Assembly (NCBI GenBank): GCA_040954595.2
Contig: CM082588.2
Location: forward strand, 9,408,844 to 9,472,843
From: Balanoglossus misakiensis
Lineage: Eukaryota; Animalia; Hemichordata
Length of the DNA: 64,000 bases
Direction of reading: 5' to 3'
Numbering within the stretch: position 1 is the first letter of the stretch; each line of letters opens with the position of its first letter. The notes under the pieces were generated by a model. It was not told the origin of the DNA and ran no database searches. It saw only the letters and a program-made list of their open reading frames with translations. The position numbers and the translations under genes were made by a program. This document shows positions 34,817-45,800 of this stretch, piece after piece.

Positions 34817-35041
34817 CATACGAAGTATGTGGTTCGACTGGTCCGATACAAAGTGGTCAATACAAAAGTAGAGCGGAGTATAAAGAAGGGTAGTAGGAGA
34901 AACGACTGGCGGTAAAATTTCTACAACGCTGTTTCGTGAGTCACTAGACTCACTCATCAGGAGACTAAACTACCCTTCTTTATACATACATACATACATA
35001 CATACATACATACATACATACATACATACATACATACATAC
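34763..35041 (+). repeat. (TACA)n microsatellite split by a ~160-bp insert
   Basis: Tracts at ~34763-34821 and ~34983-35041. Confidence 0.95.
34916..34966 (-). ncRNA. Minimal type I hammerhead ribozyme (Penelope-like element type)
   Basis: The minus strand reads AGUCUC-CUGAUGA-GUGAGUC-uagu-GACUCAC-GAAA-CAGcgUUG-UA-GAAAUU. It has an intact core, a perfect 7-bp stem II, a very short stem III, a GUA cleavage triplet (cut 3' of 34922) and a stem I with one mismatch. Confidence 0.8.
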
Positions 35042-35628
35042 ACAGCTAAAAGTCCACAGCCATGTAACATAATAGACATGAAACAGTCATGCCACATCAA
35101 TGTTTCATGTCTGTTTTGACATGTGTGTTTCACTTATGTTGCAACTCTGTTGTTGCAATGTACCATGCTAGGAACACTGCTGTATCAGGAATGTTCCATG
35201 TATGCCTTGACAGTCATGTTACAGCGCTGCTAGTACAGTGCTGTAACATGACTCGCCCAGCAGTACTGTTACAGCGCTTTTTGAAAACAACTGTGTTGTT
35301 TGTTCAAAATAAAGCTCTTACTATTACACTACTGTAATACCCCAGTCTTTTTTAATAAGTTTGATACAACTTTGATATGCAATTTTTTTTCCGAATGTCT
35401 GTTGTCATGTGTCTGTCAGTGAGAAATGATGGTAATTGAATTTTATAATTCATTTTGTGAGTGCACAGTTATCACATTTATAGCACTAAAGGTAAAATTA
35501 CTTTTAATCATTTATTAATACATGTATCAAGAAAAAAATAATACAGATCAAATATTAAATAATGGCAAGACCTTTATGAAACAACAATATAAAGAAACAA
35601 ACAACAATTACAAGCACACAAAATTAAT

Positions 35629-38142
35629 TTATATTTGTTCTAAATCATCGTAAAACTCCTCATCCTCAGCCATTACTTCATCTATCTGCAGCTTCTTGCC
35701 GATGTTGTTGTACCAATTATGGTACGTGGTCCAGAAGCCGCTTCTGTCTGGCGCCTGAGGCTCGATAATATTTTCTCTATAAAAAAGGGAAGAAAAAAAC
35801 ACCTCAGAAACACTTGTGAGTCCAGTATAATTGTCATAGCTCAGTCTGTGAAATAATGATGTCACTTTCATGGCCCCATACGTGTGACCTTGTATTGTCA
35901 AAATGCAACATTTTAGGACAAGAAACATGCAAAAGTTGCTTGAAAAATATGCCGGTAGTTGCTTTTGAAATTTATTGACCACAGAAAATAAGCAATTTGG
36001 TAGAAGCAATCACAAAACGAGGTGAGTATATAACCAAAAAATGCTATTATTTAACCTGATAGAACTTGTATTATCCAGAATGGTACCCTTGTTAATTGCT
36101 ATTTATAACCTCTAATTGTTTTGATAGAATGTGTACTATCAATATCATCAAAATCCTATTACAGTATTTGCATGTTTGTCTGTGTAAATGAGTGTGTGCC
36201 AGTCCTAATGATCAGAGACTGCTTTTGGATACATGGTAAACTTTAGTAAAAAAACTTACCGTAATCGGGCCTTCGGTTCATAATTATTTTTTCCTGGTTG
36301 AACAGAAGGCTCAATTACGGTACTAATTGCTTACAAGTATTTATCAAAACATTTCAAATACATGTACTTACAACCAGCGCCAGACAATACAAAATCTTCG
36401 GCGACACATTGACCATTTTTGGTCTGCAGATTGTCTCTGCCAGAGTCAGGGTGTCCATACCGGCGTACTGCCTTTTCTCTTCTTCATGTGAGATGATCTG
36501 ATAAAATTAGAAGTTAAAACAGTATGTACTATAATTATGTAAACCTTTGAAAACCATTACTCTGAAAAGCACACAATTCAATTCAATGTCTTATTTTGAC
36601 AATGATGAGAGCAGTTTAGATTTGGTGCAATTATATTTGACATATTGGATAACATGCAGCATGGTACATATGTGGGTGAGCAATGTATACTGTTAAACAT
36701 GCATTTACTTAGTTAGAGTGCAATGTGTGTGTGTGTGTGTGTCTGATTTTTTACCTTTCGCACTTCCTCCTGTTTCCACTCACTAATCTTTCTTTGGCAA
36801 AATGTCATCATTTTCCTGACTGCATTTGCCTTATACTCGGGAAATTCTTCTTTGATATAGTCCTATCAATAGAAATTGTTTCTTTAATTATGGTGAGTTA
36901 AATCATGATACACAGTTTAGGAACCTGACCATCAGGTCATGCTTACAAGGTTTGGAATCATCACAAATTTAGATGTAGGTATTTTCATTCTACATGCAGG
37001 TGAACTTAAGTACAGTACTCACATAAATGTCCTGTCCTGGTATTTCCCTTGTTGGTGCGATCAAATATAGCTTTGCTGTCCCTTCTATGAGGGTGTTCTT
37101 TACATACAAAAGTGAATACATAAAAAAAAAATATTTAATATTATTGCTGCCATTTTTTGTTGTTGTGGAACAGTCTGAATACTGTACATACTAACACAAT
37201 ATAGAATATCATTTGTTTTTCCATTTGAATAAAAAGTCACAAATCACAGTTTGGAATAACTGCTCAATAATGTTTTACTTGGTGACCAAAAAAGAGACAC
37301 ATTATGAAAAAAAATAGCTTTTTTTTAAACTACTCAGTATACTTTGATTGTGTTCTTTTGATATTTTAAAATAAATTATATTCCAAACAAACTTGGATTA
37401 CGGTACTTACATATTCATAGGAGCCTTTCCTGACTTCAAATTGCTGGGCTTGTACTTTTGTTGATTTGAAAAGGATTGATTTGATTTTTTGTTGGTCTTC
37501 TGCCAATCTGTCAATTTTAGAATTTAGTTGCTGCACAACATCATAGTTGTTGCGCAGAAGGCTGGTGCTACTGCCAGATGTGTTGTTGCTGTTGTTGTTG
37601 TTGTTATTGGTGGTGGTGGGGGCACTTGTTCTGTTCTTGGACTTGAAACCATTATTTTTGTCGTGTTTTCGTGTTCCGTTGGTTTGGCATTGTGTTCCCC
37701 GATCTGTGTATTAATAATAAGTGAAATTATTAAGGTGAAGTGTGTTCCAACAATAGTTATTGAAACACGGCGAATGCGTAAATAGCTCTGTAAACATTCT
37801 CGATGTGGGGATTCCCCGTCAGCAAACAGATAGAAGTGTATTCAGATATTTTTATTCATATGCAAAATCACAAACAATGGGAATGGGCGGAGTATTTGTA
37901 ACAGGGAATTCCTGTTCAAAATCAAAACATCGGCCAGAGCATGCAGTGTCGTGGCAATGATACATGAAATGTTCAGCTATTAGTATTACATAATAATGCT
38001 CACTTTCTTCGCGCTGACGATCCGTCAATTTGCCTTTTTTCTTCTGCATCTCCGCACCATAGCTGTCGCTAAACTCAAGCGGAGGACGTTTTCTGGATTG
38101 ACTGATGTGGCTGCTGCAGCTACTGAAGACTGGCGATGCCAT
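35629..38142 (-). pseudogene. Multi-exon gene of unknown function, first exon disrupted
   Basis: Three consecutive open phase-0 GT-AG exons (37097-37023, 36862-36755, 36497-36372) and a terminal exon ~35777-35629. Exon 1 (38142-37411) has stops. The upstream region is CpG-rich. Confidence 0.6.
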
Positions 38143-39215
38143 CGCAAACTTCGTAGTTGATAAGTATAGTACGGGTGCGTCGCTTCGCTATAGCCTACGT
38201 GTACTGTACGACACCCGGGCCCACTGCACCGCGCTTCGCCGTATCGCACCGGTTCCCTCCGGTTAATCCGGTCTCATGAATTATTTTATCCGCCGTAGAA
38301 TAGTTTCCGCTTGTTCTTTGTGCATGCGCCAAAATCGAACGTAAAAATTCTACGCGGTACTACGTAGAATTTCGTCCGCTGTAGAATAGTTTCCGCTTGT
38401 GTTCTATGCGCACGCGTCGATTCATAAACAATGCTCTGCACGCGTACACGCAGTGGTACAATGTAGAATTTTTACAATCTCTCTCTCATACACAACATCG
38501 CGACATGCTATCTCTAGACCCTGCGTAGACCTACGAGGTTCTTTATATCGGATTATGAAAGTGGTCATTATATTGGGTACGACCATAAGAAAACCCCTGG
38601 AGGACGTTATCACTGTAGCAATGTAAAACTATGCCCCCTTTATCAGCTTTATTGTTTATTTCTTCCTCTTTGTCTTCTTCAAGAAAATTCGCGGATGATT
38701 TAATGATTGTTGTTGATGTTTATTTATTTTATGCATTAACCAATATTTGTATTTTGTGAACACTGTTGAGTTTTTACTGGGGGGTTTTCAGTCTAATAGT
38801 AGGGTTCCCAGTGGGTTTGTAAAATTGCATCATTTACCAAAACTGCAAAGAGGAGATGAAAATTCATTCACCACATAACATTAAAAGCACTGGTAAATGT
38901 CAAATTTGAGGCTCCACTAGTCTGAATGAGCAAGCAAAATATGGTGCCAAGTGTGTGCCTTTCTGACACAAAATCAAGATGGACGTCTTTTGTTATACAA
39001 ATGAGGTCATGACCTCATGAATAGCACTGATAGGACTACACATGAATATTAAATATACAATGGATAATTAGAGCTCTGAAAGGAATTTCACACTTGTAAA
39101 TAAAGGCAGATTATTCAAATTTTACAGTTCACATGTTCATCAGCTGTAATGGGCTAAACGTGAAAGTAACTGTCACTCACTTAAATTGTTAAATGATTGC
39201 TGAGTCTATACTTAC

Positions 39216-42200
39216 TCAGACAATTATTTCGAGATCCCCAGCCCTGTAGTCATCCATCAACTTGTATGTGTACACTATTGCTGACCCATCACTCGCCCGG
39301 TCCTCATCATATGTAATGTTAAACCAGCAGGGATAACCTGGAACCTGAAGGAAAATGATACATCATGAGTGTCCTGCCAAGCACTGGCGTCTGTATTCAG
39401 AACATTTACATGATGGCTGCTATGAAATAATGTGGACACTTTATCACTTTATGTGCTAAAATGAAGAAGAGTGTTAGTCACTTAAGTATAGATCACACTG
39501 AAGACATTATTTGCTGAAATAAAGAAACAAGTTAATAAGTCAATTACAAGTTAAACTAAATACATTATTTCCTGAAAGAAAATAGTCAGTTACAGATAAT
39601 TACAATTTACTGAAAAAAAACACAGTGTGCTGTGTTAGCAACCAGTGCTTACAATTCCAAACTTTTGCTGTGCACTTCATTTTGACTTTTTAAAACGTGC
39701 TGTGCAAAAGTATGTGTTTTACCTGTGATATAACATTGCCCATATACCAGGTTAAATCTCCTACATCATCTTTGAATTGGTGCTTGACTCTTTTGCCTAC
39801 AAGCATAGCATCAGATGTAGGTTGGGAAGTAGGCATTTGAAGTGAGTCTTTTATTAACTCCTTCAAATTAGCTGCAAGTTCTTGGATACTTAGGTCACGA
39901 CGCTTGTTTTCAACAACTTCACTGAAGTTGAAGATTCTGGTATTTGCATGTCTTTGCCGCAGAAGATTTTTTCTGAAACGTAGCTGCGCCTTTTGCTTGG
40001 ATACCTGTGTCTGGCAGTGATGTCAGGTACCCATCAACCTGTTCAACAGACTGCCATAATCCATAATGTACTATGTCATGCGACTGCTGTTCTAAGACGC
40101 TCAGCTGGTGCTGTTCGGATTGTCTCCCTACAATGGAACTTCTTGCGTTCCTTGCTGGCTTGTCTTGTAGCTGCTGCCACCAGCTTCGACTTCTCTTCAT
40201 CATTTTCGGCTTCTAACCAAAACTTGGTTTTGTTCATAGTGAACATAATGTAGGCCTCAGAGGCTAGAGTGGAGATATTGGGTTTGACAGTCAGGAGGTG
40301 ATCTTAATATGCAAACATGCGTTCGGGTTGTTTGTTGTGTTGCGCTACGCTCTTGGTGGATGTTGTCATAGCAGGTGTGACATTAACATATTATCCTGCA
40401 GGAAGAAAATCCCTAAAGTGGCGCTGTATCAGTTCAACTAACGCAGGCAAAACAATGCCTAAGATGACCATAGTGTGGTCATCATGTGGTGATGGCTTCA
40501 GTAGTGTGTCTAATATAACGTCATGATTGACGGCAACTGTATCATACATGATACACTTTCCCTGAATGAAATCATCCAGATTTGAAGCTGCTTGTTGTAG
40601 GTAAACGTGGAGTCTGGTGTAGTATGTGTGGACTTCTGTAATGGCTATGTCTGCATCTTCGATTACTTTCCATAGGGGGGTTGTCACATATTTCGAAATA
40701 AGACCCAGGGCCTTACAACCACCTACAAAAAAAGGATTTTGTAGGTCATTCTGCACAGCTGCAAGCAGTCGATTGCCTTCGGTACCATACTTCTGCAAGA
40801 ACTGTACCATGTGCTGATAAAGAAAAAATACATTGCCTCCATTGCTGAACAAAATGTTAAAACGATTTCCACGGTATGGGGAGAGTGGTACAGATTGAAG
40901 ATTATGAGCTCTCAGGAAATCATGGACAAATGTCTTGAAATTGCCATGGCAACCACTTTTGCAATCACCACGTCTGGCAAACGCTTTACAGGCCGTTCGA
41001 ACCAGTCTCAGAGTGCCTGGTTCATTGGAGCGATTGGTGTCCCTGTCTTGCCCTGGTACACTACCTTCGAAGTGGCCCTTTTCAGCTTCAAGAACAGCTT
41101 TCTGTGTGACGTCTGCCATGTGCACGAGTGTATGCAAACCACAAAAGAAATGATTTATCTTGTCTACAGCAGACTTGGACTCAGGATCCAACAAGTCATA
41201 ATTTGGGATGATATCCGGCAACACAGACAAACGGTACTCCTCCAACAGACTGTTGAACTTGACCTCTGTTGCTGCCCTGTCACTCATTGTGTTTTTAATA
41301 TTACCCAAAATTTTCTTGGATACGGCGTTGTCAGTTTCACCAGCTACCTCATCTACATCTTCCAGGATATCCTTAAAGACATCTAGAGTATGTTGTGCAG
41401 ATTTGGTGGCTAGATCCCTCAACCCAAGGACTCTATATGTTCGGTCGTTCAGTCTTGCAGAATAGGCGCCATACTGTTGACTGAATTTTGATGCTTCGTC
41501 AGTATGCAGCGTTGTATTGGCTTCGCAACTTACCTCATCGGATATTTGTTGGCGGACAATAACACTTCTCTCAATGTTCCAGTTGTCAACAGTGGATGGA
41601 GAGGGTAGCCTGTTAGCCTCTTTCCCAGCCAACTTCAAACAGGCTTCTATGACTGGGCCTGTGTGAGTGGAGCCAACGTGATGCGAAAGTAGAGTGTACA
41701 CACAAATATGCACTTCTGGTAGGAATCGTCGTTGTTCTTCATCATACAGTTTCACAGTTGCATTTGCATCAGCCCGAAGCAAGTTTATTTCAGAATGCAG
41801 CTGGTGTACATCATTACTCAGGGCATCTATCTTTGATTGCATCCTTGTAACGGTATTTTCTGATGGAGCACTTTGGCAAACACTTTCTCCTTCCAAACGT
41901 GCACATTTTTTTCTGCCAATATTCTTCACGCATAGCTGTCCTTTTCAATTCTTTTCCCTTCTTTATAACCTTCTTGTGAAGGTCCATTCCTTTTTGGCAT
42001 ATGTCTCCCATATCTTGATTTAGTTTTTCTATTTCCAAGGAGAGTTCTTGGCACGTTTGATTTAGTTTCCAATTTTCGGTGCCCAGCGAGCTGGCAACAC
42101 TGGCATATGTTTCTCTTGCAAGCTTTGGATTGTCTGTGGTTGTAAATGGGGTAGTGGCTTCCTTTTTGGATTGTTGGTTCGGTGATTTCTTTGGAAAGGC

Positions 42201-42476
42201 AAACCTCTCCTGCAAAAATAACTGCATTTCAGTTGCACCTTTTGGCCTTCCTTTGCTCTTACTTAATTTCCGATATTTGTCCATTAACCGAGAGACTGCC
42301 TTGGTGTATGAATCCACACTGTCAGATAAGGTGTTATGGTTAGTTTCACACTCACTACAATGACACATGAAGCTGAGACTTTCACCGTGCAACCACCTTG
42401 CTGTAGATAACACACCATGATCTTTTACTTTGTCTACAATCAGTCGATTTGAAGGTGCATTGCATAGACTTACCAT
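39216..42476 (-). pseudogene. hAT-like DDE transposase with C-terminal Spindlin (Spin/Ssty)-like Tudor domain
   Basis: TLHTDE (D1), TMSDRAA (D2), FFCGLH (CxxH), GNRFN and HNKQPERMFA (E). The spliced C-terminus reads MLVGKRVKHQF..TWYMGNVISQ|VPGYPCWFNITYDED..VYTYKLMDDYRAGDLEIIV* (intron 39722-39345). Frameshift near 41920, stops at 40391 and ~40305. Confidence 0.8.
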
Positions 42477-42811
42477 GTTAATGGCTGGTAAGTAGCAGCA
42501 ACTACGAGACAGTAAAGAAAAAACAACACAAATTTGAACTGTAAGGTTTTACTGTACCTCTTACATCACACTTCAACACGCACACAGCAAACATCTTATC
42601 CCTTTTACCACATTTTTGGTAAATGTTAATGCCACACCTTTTTACGTATAAATAGTGGTGAAAGGGTTAAGTAGACTTATGCATAGCAATTTTGTCACAC
42701 ACATCAAAGTGACTGTAAAGAAGTATTATTTATTGTACTTACAGTGTGGAATGTTTACATTGTGCTTATCACTACTAATAATTAGTAGGAAATTAATAAT
42801 GATCTGAGTCT

Positions 42812-45800
42812 GTGTTCAGTCTATGTTGCAGCTGTGGAAGAGTTTCCCCCTGCCTGTAGAATTTATTCCCTTCGTGTTCAGTCTTTTTTGTAGCTGTGGA
42901 AAAGTTTCCCCACTGCCTGTAGAATTTATTCCCTTCGTGTTCAGTCTTTTTTGCAGCTGTGGAAAAGTTTCCCCCTGCCTGTAGAATTTATTCCCTTCGT
43001 GTTCAGTCTTTTTTGCAGCTGTGGAAAAGTTTCCCCCTGCCTGTAGAATTTATTCCCTTCGTGTTCAGTCTTTTTTGCAGCTGTGGAAAACTTTCCCCCT
43101 GCCTGTAGAATTTATTCCCTTCGTGTTCAGTCTTTTTTGCAGCTGTGGAAAAGTTTCCCCCTGCCTGTAGAATTTATTCCCTTCGTGTTCAGTCTTTTTT
43201 GTAGCTGTGGAAAAGTTTCCCCCCTGCCTGTAGAATTTATTCCGTTCGTGTTCAGTCTTTTTTGCAGCTGTGGAAAAGTTTCCTCCCTGCCTGTAGAATT
43301 TATTCCCTTCGTGTTTAGTCTTTTTTGCAGCTGTGGAAAAGTTTCCCCCTGTCTGTACCCTTTGTGTTCAGTCTTTTTTGTAGCTGTGGAAAAGTTTCCC
43401 CCCTGCCTGTAGCATTTATTCCCTTCGTGTTCAGTCTTTTTTGTAGCTGTGGAAAAGTTTCCCCCCTGCCTGTAGAATTTATTCCCTTCGTGTTCAGTCT
43501 TTTTTGTAGCTGTGGAAAAGTTTTCCCCCTGCCTGTAGAATTTATTCCCTTCGTGTTCAGTCTTTTTTGTAGCTGTGGAAAAGTTTCCCCCCTGCCTGTA
43601 GCATTTATTCCCTTCGTGTTCAGTCTTTTTTGTAGCTGTGGAAAAGTTTCCCCCCTGCCTGTAGAATTTATTCCCTTCGTGTTCAGTCTTTTTTGTAGCT
43701 GTGGAAAAGTTTTCCCCCTGCCTGTAGAATTTATTCCCTTCGTGTTCAGTCTTTTTTGTAGCTGTGGAAAAGTTTCCCCCTGCCTGTACCCTTCGTGTTC
43801 AGTCTTTTTTGTAGCTGTGGAAAAGTTTCCCCCTGTCTGAACCCTTCGTGTTCAGTCTTTTTTGTAGCTGTGGAAAAGTTTCCCCCTGTCTGAACCCTTC
43901 GTGTTCAGTCTTTTTTGTAGCTGTGGAAAAGTTTCCCCCTGTCTGAACCCTTCGTGTTCAGTCTTTTTTGTAGCTGTGGAAAAGTTTCCCCCTGTCTGTA
44001 CCCTTCGTGTTCAGTCTTTTTTGTAGCTGTGGAAAAGTTTCCCCCTGTCTGAACCCTTCGTGTTCAGTCTTTTTTGTAGCTGTGGAAAAGTTTCCCCCCT
44101 GCCTGTAGAATTTATTCCCTTCGTGTTCAGTCTTTTTTGTAGCTGTGGAAAAGTTTTCCCCCTGCCTGTAGAATTTATTCCCTTCGTGTTCAGTCTTTTT
44201 TGTAGCTGTGGAAAAGTTTCCCCCTGCCTGTACCCTTTGTGTTCAGTCTTTTTTGTAGCTGTGGAAAAGTTTCCCCCTGCCTGTACCCTTCGTGTTCAGT
44301 CTTTTTTGTAGCTGTGGAAAAGTTTCCCCCTGTCTGAACCCTTCGTGTTCAGTCTTTTTTGTAGCTGTGGAAAAGTTTCCCCCTGTCTGAACCCTTCGTG
44401 TTCAGTCTTTTTTGTAGCTGTGGAAAAGTTTCCCCCTGTCTGTACCCTTCGTGTTCAGTCTTTTTTGTAGCTGTGGAAAAGTTTCCCCCTGTCTGAACCC
44501 TTCGTGTTCAGTCTTTTTTGTAGCTGTGGAAAAGTTTCCCCCCTGCCTGTAGAATTTATTCCCTTCGTGTTCAGTCTTTTTTGTAGCTGTGGAAAAGTTT
44601 TCCCCCTGCCTGTAGAATTTATTCCCTTCGTGTTCAGTCTTTTTTGTAGCTGTGGAAAAGTTTCCCCCTGTCTGAACCCTTCATGTTCAGTCTTTTTTGT
44701 AGCTGTGGAAAAGTTTCCCCCTGCCTGTACCCTTCGTGTTCAGTCTTTTTTGTAGCTGTGGAAAAGTTTCCCCCTGTCTGAACCCTTCGTGTTCAGTCTT
44801 TTTTGTAGCTGTGGAAAAGTTTCCCCCTGTCTGAACCCTTCGTGTTCAGTCTTTTTTGTAGCTGTGGAAAAGTTTCCCCCTGTCTGAACCCTTCGTGTTC
44901 AGTCTTTTTTGTAGCTGTGGAAAAGTTTTCCCCCTGCCTGTAGAATTTATTCCCTTCGTGTTCAGTCTTTTTTGTAGCTGTGGAAAAGTTCCCCCCTGCC
45001 TGTACCCTTCGTGTTCAGTCTTTTTGTAGCTGTGGAAAAGTTTCCCCCTGTCTGTACCCTTCGTGTTCAGTCTTTTTTGTAGCTGTGGAAAAGTTTCCCC
45101 CTGTCTGAACCCTTCGTGTTCAGTCTTTTTTGTAGCTGTGGAAAAGTTTCCCCCTGTCTGAACCCTTCGTGTTCAGTCTTTTTTGTAGCTGTGGAAAAGT
45201 TTCCCCCTGTCTGAACCCTTCGTGTTCAGTCTTTTTTGTAGCTGTGGAAAAGTTTCCCCCTGTCTGAACCCTTCGTGTTCAGTCTTTTTTGTAGCTGTGG
45301 AAAAGTTTCCCCCTGTCTGAACCCTTCGTGTTCAGTCTTTTTTGTAGCTGTGGAAAAGTTTCCCCCTGTCTGTACCCTTCGTGTTCAGTCTTTTTTGTAG
45401 CTGTGGAAAAGTTTCCCCCTGCCTGTACCCTTCGTGATCAGTCTTTTTTGTAGCTGTGGAAAAGTTTCCCCCTGTCTGAACCCTTCGTGTTCAGTCTTTT
45501 TTGTAGCTGTGGAAAAGTTTCCCCCTGTCTGTACCCTTTGTGTTCAGTCTTTTTTGTAGCTGTGGAAAAGTTTCCCCCTGTCTGAACCCTTCGTGTTCAG
45601 TCTTTTTTGTAGCTGTGGAAAAGTTTCCCCCTGTCTGAACCCTTCGTGTTCAGTCTTTTTTGTAGCTGTGGAAAAGTTTCCCCCTGTCTGAACCCTTCGT
45701 GTTCAGTCTTTTTTGTAGCTGTGGAAAAGTTTCCCCCTGTCTGTACCCTTCGTGTTCAGTCTTTTTTGTAGCTGTGGAAAAGTTTCCCCCTGTCTGTACC

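Noticed and set aside
34908-34930. GTAAAATTTCTACA as a TIR partner of TGTAGAATTTTTAC at ~38462
   Set aside because: The match is short, and this sequence is better explained as stems III/I of the hammerhead.
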